A stretch of 64,000 bases of DNA from an uncultured Gammaproteobacteria bacterium. Lineage in GTDB: Bacteria; Pseudomonadota; Gammaproteobacteria; Pseudomonadales; JAHEGP01. Below, piece by piece: positions 45,884 through 54,902 of the stretch. The position numbers and the translations under genes are program-made. The stretch covers positions 70,034 to 134,033 of the forward strand of contig CAVVVC010000003.1 of the NCBI GenBank assembly GCA_963751595.1. The letters run 5' to 3'. Position 1 is the stretch's first letter, and every line of letters begins with the position of its first letter. Under the pieces are notes generated by a model. It was not told where the DNA came from. It saw only the letters and a list, made by a program, of their open reading frames with translations, and did no database searches.

Positions 45884-46638
45884 AAGAACCCGAGCCAGAG
45901 AGCCAGGACCAGGCAATGCCGCTGGTCGCGCACTTGACCGAGCTGCGCGATCGTCTGCTGCGGTCGGTGCTGGCGGTGCTGGTGATATTCCTGGGCTTGT
46001 TTTACTTCGCCAACGATATCTATGCCTTCGTCTCGGCGCCCCTGCGGGAGCTGTTACCCGAGGGAGCCACCATGATCGCTACCGAGGTCGCGTCGCCCTT
46101 TCTCGCGCCCTTCAAGCTGACCATGGTGGTCGCCGTCTTCCTCGCGATGCCCTATATCCTCCACCAGACCTGGCGATTCATAGCACCTGCGCTTTATCAC
46201 AGTGAGCGGCGCCTGGCGCTGCCCATTCTTATTTCGAGTGTGATCCTCTTTTACGGTGGCCTGGCGTTCGCCTACTATGTCGTGTTCCCGCTGATATTCG
46301 CGTTTTTCTCCAGCGTGACGCCGGAGGGCGTGGCGGTCATGACCGATATCAACAGCTACCTCAACTTCGTTCTCAAGCTGTTTTTTGCCTTTGGCATTGC
46401 TTTCGAGATACCGATTGCAACCGTGCTCCTGATCGCCGCCGGGGCGACGACAGCAGACGCCCTTGCCGCCAAACGCCCCTACGTGGTAGTGGTCTGCTTT
46501 ATCGCCGGCATGCTGTTGACGCCCCCCGACATCATCAGCCAGACCTTGCTGGCTATTCCGGTGTGGTTACTGTTTGAACTGGGCTTGTTATTCGGAAGGC
46601 TGGTGGAGCCTGATCCCCAGAGGGCTACCAGGACGTAA
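45880..46638 (+). CDS. tatC: twin-arginine translocase subunit TatC
   Basis: [16 protein letters not shown]..., six TM helices; start overlaps the tatB stop. Confidence 0.95.
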   Translation: MKEPEPESQDQAMPLVAHLTELRDRLLRSVLAVLVIFLGLFYFANDIYAFVSAPLRELLPEGATMIATEVASPFLAPFKLTMVVAVFLAMPYILHQTWRFIAPALYHSERRLALPILISSVILFYGGLAFAYYVVFPLIFAFFSSVTPEGVAVMTDINSYLNFVLKLFFAFGIAFEIPIATVLLIAAGATTADALAAKRPYVVVVCFIAGMLLTPPDIISQTLLAIPVWLLFELGLLFGRLVEPDPQRATRT

Positions 46639-46689
46639 TTTTACGCCCCGGGTGGGCACTTCCAAGCGCCCAATATCCGGGGGAGTTAT

Positions 46690-47037
46690 TCATTCGCCGG
46701 CGCGCACTCCGTTGGCATCGGCCTTGTCGGCGATCGCGCGGTACTGGGCGAAATAGGCATCGTAATCGGTTTTGTCACAATGGCTCATCGCGCGAGTACT
46801 CAGCTCTTCAACGCGACCCTCAGCACCACTGATCCTGACACAGGCACCAATGTCCAAAGGCCCCACATCGGTTGAGATCTGGGCATCGCTACCCGGCGTC
46901 ACCGGTCGGCTTCCCACCAGCCATTGCTGGGAGTCCGCGCCGGGCTCACGTTTGACAATACCGTACCAGGTGTCGTTGGCGCTGGCCGGTAACGAAACCG
47001 CCGCGGCAAGAAACATCCCCACTATTCTTCGAAGCAT
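46690..47037 (-). CDS. hypothetical secreted protein (115 aa)
   Basis: Signal peptide MLRRIVGMFLAAAVSLPASA. No motif I recognise. Non-overlapping and convergent with tatC. Confidence 0.5.
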   Translation of the reverse strand: MLRRIVGMFLAAAVSLPASANDTWYGIVKREPGADSQQWLVGSRPVTPGSDAQISTDVGPLDIGACVRISGAEGRVEELSTRAMSHCDKTDYDAYFAQYRAIADKADANGVRAGE

Positions 47038-47129
47038 GACTTACCTCCCGGTCCAGATTCACCTGATTGGCATCCCTGGCTGATCATAACCCAGGCTTGC
47101 ACCTGGCGTCGATCAAATGACCGCTTCGG

Positions 47130-47963
47130 CTATTCGGCAACACCGCAGCGTGCAGACTCCCATGCGATCAGGGCCTGTTTACGGGGCGCCGACCAGCGAT
47201 ACTGGCCCCACTCCCCGCTGGCAAGAATAACCCGGTGGCAAGGAATCAGCCAGGCCACGGGATTCGACGCGACCGCAGTGGCTACCGCGCGCACGGCGCG
47301 GGGTTGGCCAGCAAGATCCGCCAACTGCTGGTAGGAGACCAGCGCCCCCTCGGGAACCCGCAACAATGCCTGCCACACCCGCAGGCGGAAGTTACTCGCG
47401 CCAATTTGCAGGGTTACCGGCGCCGGAGTGGCGCCCCCCTCGAAGAGTGGCCCCAGATACCCTCGCGCCAGACCCGGCTTTTCATGCCATTGGGCTAGCG
47501 GCCACTGCTTGCGCAATGCCCGCAGGTTCAGGTCGCCGTCAGCGTCGGCAAAACCAAGATGGCAGATACCACCGCGGCCGGTGGCGAGCATCGCGGCAGG
47601 GCCAAAAGGCGTGTTGGTTTGGTCGTAATACAGGGCCAGTCCGTCGCCGCCGCTCCGATACTGCTGCGGCGTCATCGCCTCCAGGGTAATAAAGTGATCA
47701 TGCAGACGGCCACTACCGCTGAGGCCAAGATCATGGGACAGTGCTAACAGGCTCTGGCTGCGGGCAAGCGCCCTTTTGGCATGCTCCACGGTAAGGTACT
47801 GCAGAAACTGTTTCGGACTGACACCCGCCCAACGGCTGAACAGGCGTTGGGCATGGTATGGGCTCAAGTGCATCCGCTGCGCGACCTCAGCCAGCGTGGG
47901 TTGCTGCCGGGTGTGGGCGTTGAGGTACTGTATCGCTGCCGCAACCCGCTGATAATCATCCAT
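47130..47963 (-). CDS. AraC-type HTH / methylated-DNA-[protein]-cysteine S-methyltransferase fusion (Ada-like)
   Basis: N-terminal AraC HTH (LAEVAQRMHLSPYHAQRLFSRWAGVSPKQFL) and C-terminal MGMT active site WLIPCHRVI (PCHR). Confidence 0.85.
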   Translation of the reverse strand: MDDYQRVAAAIQYLNAHTRQQPTLAEVAQRMHLSPYHAQRLFSRWAGVSPKQFLQYLTVEHAKRALARSQSLLALSHDLGLSGSGRLHDHFITLEAMTPQQYRSGGDGLALYYDQTNTPFGPAAMLATGRGGICHLGFADADGDLNLRALRKQWPLAQWHEKPGLARGYLGPLFEGGATPAPVTLQIGASNFRLRVWQALLRVPEGALVSYQQLADLAGQPRAVRAVATAVASNPVAWLIPCHRVILASGEWGQYRWSAPRKQALIAWESARCGVAE

Positions 47964-48159
47964 ACCCTTGCACTCCCGCCAGCGTGCTGCCCCTATCTGT
48001 CACTCCAGTTTGGCGCAGCGGCCACTTGCAACCAACCCGGATCTTGCGCAAATGCCGTCAAACCAGTAGGCCCGGGCGCTCGGCCGGGACACCCGGTGGC
48101 AAGGGGTGAACGGGCCAGGTAGCCACGACCGGGGAAAGCGGATACTGGATAGGCGTGCT

Positions 48160-49083
48160 TCAGCCGCGTCGGGGAATGGAGCGCATATGACCGCGCAAAA
48201 ACACACCGATGCGATCGATCGCCACCTTGCCCTCGGGCAAGATTGACGCCATCGCCTGCCACACGTGGGGCATCTTGCTCCACACGTCAAGCACCACCGG
48301 CACCCCGCTGGACTCCATCTTGTAGGCCAGTCGGCGGGCATCATCCAGCAACACTTCGGAACTGCCCACCTGGATCAGGGCCGGACTGCAGTCCGTGTAG
48401 TCCCCATACAGCGGCGAGGCGTAGGGGTGCGTGGGGTCGAGATCGCCGAGAACAAAGCCGGCAGCTTCCTTGATGCGCTGCCCCGGGATCATGACGTCGC
48501 GGTCGGCATTGGTAACCACGCTCTCACCGGTGCAGGCGAGGTCGGTCCAGGGGGAAAGTCCCACCACCGCTGACGGCATTGCCAGCCCCTCGTCACGGGC
48601 ACGCAACATGGAAGAAAAAGCAAGGCCGCCACCGGCAGAATCACCGGCCAGCGCGATGCTCTGGGATGAGAATCGCTCCAGCAACCAGCGGTACGCGGTA
48701 TTGGCGTCATCCCAGGCGGCGGGAAATGGCTCCTCAGGTGCGAGCCGATAATCCACCGACAACACCGGACACTGCGCCACCTTCGCCAGACGCCATATCA
48801 GATCGCGGTGAGTCAGCACGGTTCCCCCGAACATATAGGCCCCACCGTGCAGGTACATCAGCACCTTGTTGCGATCGGCATCAGGCAAGCTCACCCAGTA
48901 TGCCTTGATCTTGCCGGCAATCAGGGTTTCTTCGAACGCGGCATCGGGGGGAGCAGGGGGAATTCTCTCCGCTGCCCGGTGAAATTTCTCGCGCATATCC
49001 AGGGGATCGCTGGCACCCAGCATCATCGACCCGAACAAGCGCATGATCTGGGTGACCGCGGCTGCTTGCAAACTCAAGGGCAA
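48160..49083 (-). CDS. alpha/beta hydrolase, hormone-sensitive-lipase (family IV) type esterase
   Basis: Oxyanion-hole motif YLHGGAYMFG (HGG) and nucleophile elbow GDSAGG. The TTG start is uncertain; ATG at 49044 is possible. Confidence 0.85.
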   Translation of the reverse strand: MPLSLQAAAVTQIMRLFGSMMLGASDPLDMREKFHRAAERIPPAPPDAAFEETLIAGKIKAYWVSLPDADRNKVLMYLHGGAYMFGGTVLTHRDLIWRLAKVAQCPVLSVDYRLAPEEPFPAAWDDANTAYRWLLERFSSQSIALAGDSAGGGLAFSSMLRARDEGLAMPSAVVGLSPWTDLACTGESVVTNADRDVMIPGQRIKEAAGFVLGDLDPTHPYASPLYGDYTDCSPALIQVGSSEVLLDDARRLAYKMESSGVPVVLDVWSKMPHVWQAMASILPEGKVAIDRIGVFLRGHMRSIPRRG

Positions 49084-49134
49084 CTCCCGTTGCGCCGGGG
49101 TCGATGGCCTGACCTCATCATCGGGGGGCGCACG

Positions 49135-49917
49135 TCAGCCAGCAACCACGGGTGACAGGTGTTTGCTGCTCTTCAACAACACCGACTGCGGGTAAGCCTG
49201 CCAATCCCGGGGTTGCTGCGCAAGCCGATTCGCCAGCACGTGGAATACCATGGCATTGACCGCGAAACCGCTATGACTGCCAAAGACCCGCACATTCTCG
49301 GTGCAAGGGCCCGGCTCATCCAGGCAATACTGCCAGTCGTTAAGCCCGTCACCCTTGCTGTAAATCGATGTGGACGGCACTGTGGGGGTGGTCTCCCAGA
49401 GCTCGCTATTGAAAAAAAACTCGTCGGTTTGTTGATAGGGATTCAGGTAACTGTAGAGACGGGTAATGGCACGGTTGACTGCCCGCGGGGTGTGCATGCA
49501 AAAGCTGGTGCCAACGGTGACGATACTGCGTACGGTTTGCGGTTGACTATTCGCCAGGGCGCGGACGTAAAACCCACCCAGGTTCCAGCCGACCAGGCTT
49601 ACCTGCTCGCCGCTGGAGCGGTGAATTTCCTTTACACGAGTTTGCAGCGCGGCGAAAGTGTCCTGTCTGAGCCCGTTATTGGCTCCCTGGCCCCAGCAGT
49701 GCACCTCGTAGCCCAAGCGCCGAAGATAATCACGGGCAAAAAACGTCGCATTGTCGCTATTGGTAAACCCGGGGATCAACAGCACTGGCCTGCCTTCGCC
49801 CTCCGGACCACGCAGCAGGAAAGGGTACGCGTAGGGTAAGGCGCACGCTTCGAGAGTTGCTCGCAGTTCCAGCACCGAACTCCACAAGGACGGACGACGC
49901 GGACTCAAATCAGCCAC
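49135..49917 (-). CDS. alpha/beta-hydrolase-fold protein with Asn at the nucleophile-elbow position (GWNLG)
   Basis: RPVLLIPGF...EQVSLVGWNLGGFYV... is a strand-elbow-helix pattern. GTG start lies 6 nt after GAGAGG and 20 nt after the hemerythrin-gene stop. Confidence 0.7.
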   Translation of the reverse strand: MADLSPRRPSLWSSVLELRATLEACALPYAYPFLLRGPEGEGRPVLLIPGFTNSDNATFFARDYLRRLGYEVHCWGQGANNGLRQDTFAALQTRVKEIHRSSGEQVSLVGWNLGGFYVRALANSQPQTVRSIVTVGTSFCMHTPRAVNRAITRLYSYLNPYQQTDEFFFNSELWETTPTVPSTSIYSKGDGLNDWQYCLDEPGPCTENVRVFGSHSGFAVNAMVFHVLANRLAQQPRDWQAYPQSVLLKSSKHLSPVVAG

Positions 49918-49937
49918 CTGGCACCTCTCTCTTCAAT

Positions 49938-50990
49938 TCACTGCAGGGTTCTAGCCATGGGTTCGATCTGCGCAGCCGCCTCTTCCTCCGCCGCAGTGCT
50001 TTTCTCGTCGGCATCGCTGGGAACGGCGCGGCCGCGTCCCCCGATGAGTGCCAGATAAAGCTTTCCCGCCCTGGCAAGGGGTTGCAGAACATTGAGCCTG
50101 GGCCGCTCAGCAAGGGCCGCACCATCGCAGAAGCCTTTAAAACCGCTACGCCAGGGGTTTTCGTACACCCTTGCCCCCACGCCTGCTAGCGGCGACCAGG
50201 TTTTCAGGCTATCGAAGGAGGCCTGCAGCCCCCTGCTCAGCCCCTTCTGGCAGGCCCGCTGGCCGTAGGTCAGGTTGGTGCCCACAGCGCCAAACACCTC
50301 CAGCATCGACTGACTGCCCAGAAACCCGGCCAAAACCACGTTGTTGGCCGCCTTTTCGATACGACTGCGAATCAATCTGCGCAGGGCTGTAAAATTGTCG
50401 GTGAGCATATTGTCGATGGGAATTTCGCTGATCGGGATACTGTTTTGCTCGATCAGAAACCAGTCCTCTTCGCGCAATACCTCCAGCGCCCGGGGCAGAA
50501 TCTTCGACTCTTCAATGTTGATGTGGTGGCGCAGGCAGGCCTCGTATTCGTTGCAAAGCTCACCGACCCGGGCTTTTTTGAGCACCGTTGGCATCATGTG
50601 CACATCATCAATGGCCTCGGCCAGCCGGTTGCTCAAACTGACCAGCACACGGTGCTCGTCCAGCAATGTAGCCACCTCGGCAGCAATGGCCTCGTCGCGC
50701 AGCGCCATACGTTGATAGATGAGGTCTTCCTTGGGGTGGTGGTAGCGGTCAGGAAAATTCTGCATGTAGTCGATGATGTCCAGCAGCAGGGCAAAATCAG
50801 CATCCTTGCCGCTGACGATCAATCCCACCTGCTCGGCGAGCGAGTCCAGCAGGCTGAACATGTAGATGTGCTCGTTGTGCAGCGCCTTTACCGAGCGTGG
50901 GGTCACCTTCGCAGTATCATCGTTTACCGGCCGGTACCAATGGCCTGCATCTGCATTGCTGCCTATCACTGCCGCTGTCTGACTGGACAT
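49938..50990 (-). CDS. hemerythrin (HHE cation-binding) domain protein with about 150-aa uncharacterised C-terminal region
   Basis: His/Glu ligand pattern: HNEH..., RYHHPKEDLIY, LRHHINIEE. Start trimmed to ATG 50990 (MSSQTAAV). Confidence 0.75.
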   Translation of the reverse strand: MSSQTAAVIGSNADAGHWYRPVNDDTAKVTPRSVKALHNEHIYMFSLLDSLAEQVGLIVSGKDADFALLLDIIDYMQNFPDRYHHPKEDLIYQRMALRDEAIAAEVATLLDEHRVLVSLSNRLAEAIDDVHMMPTVLKKARVGELCNEYEACLRHHINIEESKILPRALEVLREEDWFLIEQNSIPISEIPIDNMLTDNFTALRRLIRSRIEKAANNVVLAGFLGSQSMLEVFGAVGTNLTYGQRACQKGLSRGLQASFDSLKTWSPLAGVGARVYENPWRSGFKGFCDGAALAERPRLNVLQPLARAGKLYLALIGGRGRAVPSDADEKSTAAEEEAAAQIEPMARTLQ

Positions 50991-51151
50991 AGATCCCCCG
51001 TCACCTGGTTGCGGTGGTGCCGAAAAGGCAATCGCCACCGAGCTGGCCCGGCGAAATGGCCAGGTTGCTGAGCTGAACTACGCTAGCGCCACTGACAATG
51101 GTTTTCCACCGCATTAATTCACCTTTGCTAGCATCGAGACTAACCCCAAAA

Positions 51152-51171
51152 ATTAGAATTGAGCTTCTAAT
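51152..51171. promoter_or_regulatory. inverted repeat ATTAGAA-N6-TTCTAAT (candidate operator) in divergent intergenic region
   Basis: Perfect 7-bp arms with a 6-bp spacer, located in the AT-rich core of the 465-bp spacer between the hemerythrin operon and the DUF547 gene. Confidence 0.3.
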
Positions 51172-51455
51172 CGCCTGATTTTGCAGCCCATTCGCTCGAA
51201 CTCTAAAGTGAACCAAACCAGCCAAAAAAAGCAACACCGACCAAAGTCCAAGGCTTGTCTTCCAGCATTTCGAGAGCCGGACGCAACGCGCATCTCTCAA
51301 AGCCTTCCTATCTGCCGGCACAACCGCCTGCCCAATACCAGGATTCGCTGCGGGCAGGCGTCCGTCGCTATTTCACAGTGGCCCGCAGACCACACGGCTC
51401 AACACCCGGTCTGGATTGCGGGGAACTTTGTTGTCCGTTTGTCCTCGAACCGGCC

Positions 51456-52202
51456 ATGAAATTACTTTTGCAACTGTTTGTTGCGGGATTGATGGGGCTG
51501 GGCAGCGCTGGTGCCCGGGCCGCGGCACTCGATGAGGCATGGCAGCCCTGGGACCGCTTGCTGTCAGACCACGTCGTCAATGGCTATGTCGACTACACCG
51601 CGTTGAGCCGGGCACCGGAGATGGCGCAGTTAGTGGACCTGGTGGAGCAAACCAACCCCGACTCCCTCGGCCGCCTGGAACAGCTGGTTTTTTACATCAA
51701 CGCCTACAATGTGCTGTCGGCCCAGGGCATCATCGAAGGCCGCTCCCCGCAAACGCTCCTGGGCAGGGCGGTTTTCTTCAAGCTCAGCAAATACTCGATT
51801 GGGGGTGAAAGCCTGTCACTCTATGCGCTGGAACACGAGCGCATTATCCCACTACAGGAACCCCGCATTCACTTTGCCATCGTATGCGCCTCCCACTCCT
51901 GCCCGGTGCTGCGCTCCGAAGCCTATAACACCGCGAACCTCGACTCCCAGCTCGATTCGAGCGCCCGCCAGTTTTTGGCCGACACCAGCAAGAACCATTT
52001 CGACAAGCGCCAGCGCATCGCCTGGTTATCCAGCATTTTCAAGTGGTTCAGGCAGGACTTCGAGCGCCATTCCGGCAGCTTGCAGGTGTACCTGGCGCAG
52101 TATGTGGCAGACCCAGAGGTGGCACGGCTGTTACGCGACGAAGCCTTTGAAGTTCGGTTCCTCGACTACGACTGGAGCCTGAATGGCGGCTTTGAGCCCT
52201 GA
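51456..52202 (+). CDS. DUF547 domain-containing secreted protein
   Basis: Signal peptide MKLLLQLFVAGLMGLGSAGARA, plus YINAYNVL...HFAIVCASHSCPVL...FLDYDWSLN, which is the DUF547 pattern as I recall it. Confidence 0.8.
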   Translation: MKLLLQLFVAGLMGLGSAGARAAALDEAWQPWDRLLSDHVVNGYVDYTALSRAPEMAQLVDLVEQTNPDSLGRLEQLVFYINAYNVLSAQGIIEGRSPQTLLGRAVFFKLSKYSIGGESLSLYALEHERIIPLQEPRIHFAIVCASHSCPVLRSEAYNTANLDSQLDSSARQFLADTSKNHFDKRQRIAWLSSIFKWFRQDFERHSGSLQVYLAQYVADPEVARLLRDEAFEVRFLDYDWSLNGGFEP

Positions 52203-52396
52203 GCCCCGGGGCAACACCGCCACGAACTTTTGCAGCGCGGGAGCCTCCCCCGGACTAGCCATGATGTTTCTCGCCGGATCTTGCACGCGGTACAAATCTT
52301 CCTCCTGCGGCCATAGCTACGGCAATACCCTTGGTCGGAAAATCCCGCAGCGCGCACAATCTCTCGCCGAGAATTCCAAATATCGGTGAGTTAGGT

Positions 52397-52834
52397 CTAG
52401 GTTTGCAGCAAAAACGTGACCGGGCCGTCGTTGACGAGGTGCACCTGCATATTGGCGCCGAAAGTGCCGCTGGCAAAGCGGGGATTGCGGGCCCTGAGCT
52501 CGGCAGCCATGAACTGGTAAAGAGGCTCTGCCTCATCGGCCAGTGCCGCCGTTGAGAACCCCGGCCGCAGTCCCTTGCTGGTATCGGCTGCCAGGGTGAA
52601 CTGGGACACCAGCAGCACTCCCCCCTGGATATCACTCACGCCAAGGTTCATCTTGCCCTCGGCATCGGCGAACACCCGGTATGCCAGCAGGCGGCGGACC
52701 ATGCGCTCGGCCCTGAGCCGGTCATCCCCACGTTCAACCCCCAGCAGCACCAGCAAGCCGCGATCGATGGCGCCGACGCAGCGGCCCTCGACCTCGACCC
52801 TGGCCTCGCTGACCCGCTGGATCAGTGCCCGCAT
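52397..52834 (-). CDS. dtd: D-aminoacyl-tRNA deacylase
   Basis: MRALIQRVSEARVEV...GLLVLLGV...LLVSQFTLAADTSKGLRPGF; 145 aa. Confidence 0.95.
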   Translation of the reverse strand: MRALIQRVSEARVEVEGRCVGAIDRGLLVLLGVERGDDRLRAERMVRRLLAYRVFADAEGKMNLGVSDIQGGVLLVSQFTLAADTSKGLRPGFSTAALADEAEPLYQFMAAELRARNPRFASGTFGANMQVHLVNDGPVTFLLQT

Positions 52835-52844
52835 GGCTCCCGCC

Positions 52845-54665
52845 TCAGGCCTTACTGCGCGATGCGCGCCGCCGGTCTGATTCGGCCAGGAAGCGCTTGC
52901 GAATGCGGATGGACGCGGGGGTCACTTCAACCAGCTCGTCGTCCTCGATAAACTCCAGCGCCTGTTCCAGCGACAGACGAATCGGCGGCGTCAGCAGCAG
53001 GTTTTCGTCGGTGCCAGCCGCCCGGATATTGGTCAACTGCTTGGCCTTGGTCGGATTGACCGTCAAATCGTTGCCCCGCGAGTGAAGGCCTATCACCTGA
53101 CCTTCATAAACATCGATATTGGGGTCAATGATGAGTCGCCCACGGTCCTGTAGGGAGAACAGGGCATAGGCCAGAGTCTTGCCGGTTACATTCGAAATCA
53201 ATACCCCATTGATGCGACTCGCCAGATCACCGGCCTTGACCTGGCCATAGTGATCGAACACGTGGGTGAGAATTCCGGAGCCGCTGGTCATGGTGAGAAA
53301 TTGCGTGCGAAACCCGATCAAGCCACGCGATGGAATGATAAATTCCAGCCGCACCCTACCCTTGCCATCGGGTACCATATTGGTGAGCTCGCCCTTGCGG
53401 TTGCCCAGCTCCTCCATCACCGAGCCCTGGTGATCATTCTCGCAATCGATGACCAACTGCTCGTAGGGCTCCATCATCACCCCATCGATCTCTTTCTGGA
53501 TAACCTCGGGGCGCGAAACTCCCAACTCAAAGCCCTCACGGCGCATGGTTTCTATCAGTACCGAAAGGTGTAATTCGCCGCGACCGGAAACGATAAACTT
53601 GTCGGGAGAATCGCCCTGCTCCACCCGCAGGGCAACATTGTGGATCAGCTCACGATCGAGCCGCTCGCGAATATTGCGGCTGGTAACGTACTTGCCCTCT
53701 CGCCCCGCAAAGGGAGAATCATTAACCTGGAAAGTCATCGACACCGTTGGCTCGTCGACGCTCAAGGGCGGCATCGCCTCAACCGCCGAAGGATCGCAAA
53801 GGGTGTCGGAAATGTTGAGCTTGTCGATCCCGGTGATGCAGACGATATCGCCTGCCGCCGCCTCTGCCACGGAAAGCCGCTCGAGCCCATGGTAGCCCAT
53901 CACATCCAGAATCCTGGCATTGCGGGTTTTACCCTCGCCATCGATTGCGGTGATCGGCATGTTGGGCCTGACTTTGCCGCGGGTGATCCTGCCGACACCG
54001 ATGACGCCCACGTAGCTGGAATAATCCAGGGCACTGATCTGCATCTGGAAGGGTCCGTCCACATCCACCTTAGGGGGCGGCACCGTTTCGACCACCATTT
54101 CGAACAGCGTTCTCATGTCATCGCCCATGGAGGCCGGGTCCGGGCCGGCAATGCCGTTCAGCGCCGAGGCATAGATTATGGGGAAGTCGAGTTGCTCGTC
54201 GGTCGCACCGAGCCGGTCGAACAGATCGAATACCTGATCGATCACCCAGTCGGGTCGGGCACCATCGCGATCGATCTTGTTGACCACCAGAATCGGATGC
54301 AGGCCCTTGTCAAATGCTTTCTGGGTTACAAACCGGGTCTGGGGCATGGGACCGTCAACGGCGTCGACCAACAGCAACACCGAATCGACCATTGACAGCA
54401 CCCGCTCCACCTCGCCACCAAAGTCCGCATGGCCCGGGGTATCAACGATATTGATTCGGTATCCCTCCCAGTCGATCGAGGTGTTTTTTGCCAGAATCGT
54501 TATGCCGCGCTCTTTCTCCTGGTCGTTGGAGTCCATGATCCGCTCCTGACCCGAATCCTTGCGCTGCAGTGTGCCGGACTGCTGCAGCAGCTTGTCCACG
54601 AGGGTCGTCTTGCCGTGGTCGACGTGGGCAATAATCGCGATATTGCGTAGCTTTTCAATATTCAT
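52845..54665 (-). CDS. typA: translational GTPase TypA/BipA
   Basis: [33 protein letters not shown] and NKIDR; 606 aa. Confidence 0.97.
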   Translation of the reverse strand: MNIEKLRNIAIIAHVDHGKTTLVDKLLQQSGTLQRKDSGQERIMDSNDQEKERGITILAKNTSIDWEGYRINIVDTPGHADFGGEVERVLSMVDSVLLLVDAVDGPMPQTRFVTQKAFDKGLHPILVVNKIDRDGARPDWVIDQVFDLFDRLGATDEQLDFPIIYASALNGIAGPDPASMGDDMRTLFEMVVETVPPPKVDVDGPFQMQISALDYSSYVGVIGVGRITRGKVRPNMPITAIDGEGKTRNARILDVMGYHGLERLSVAEAAAGDIVCITGIDKLNISDTLCDPSAVEAMPPLSVDEPTVSMTFQVNDSPFAGREGKYVTSRNIRERLDRELIHNVALRVEQGDSPDKFIVSGRGELHLSVLIETMRREGFELGVSRPEVIQKEIDGVMMEPYEQLVIDCENDHQGSVMEELGNRKGELTNMVPDGKGRVRLEFIIPSRGLIGFRTQFLTMTSGSGILTHVFDHYGQVKAGDLASRINGVLISNVTGKTLAYALFSLQDRGRLIIDPNIDVYEGQVIGLHSRGNDLTVNPTKAKQLTNIRAAGTDENLLLTPPIRLSLEQALEFIEDDELVEVTPASIRIRKRFLAESDRRRASRSKA

Positions 54666-54902
54666 AATCAGGTATCTGGCAGCGTGGATGGCGGATGAGG
54701 GGCTCGCGGGAGTGGCCCCGGGGACGGATTCGAATGCCCGGCGACTATAAAAGCGCCCGGATTATACACGAAACCCTCGCCAGAGTTGCTTTTTTGCGCG
54801 CAGCAGCCTGTGCAGGCTGCCCCGGTAACGGCTGCTCACGCGGATAGCTCAAGCGCTTTAATGCCGCTACAATTGCGCCCAACCACTCACATCAGGTCCC
54901 CT

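Noticed and set aside
51001-51459. ORFs 51001..51321 (-) and 51181..51459 (+) in the long spacer.
   Set aside because: They overlap each other and the hemerythrin gene start. They give basic, low-complexity translations with no RBS. I treat the region as regulatory.
46690-52202. Whether the tatC-dtd islet is a mobile genomic island or defence locus.
   Set aside because: I found no integrase, transposase or flanking tRNA. There are no direct repeats and no nuclease, ATPase or methylase defence hallmarks. By eye there is no clear GC discontinuity.
54716-54750. The GGATTCGAAT string resembling a tRNA T-loop in the typA-SNF spacer.
   Set aside because: No acceptor, D or anticodon stems can be drawn around it. 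It sits in a divergent promoter region.
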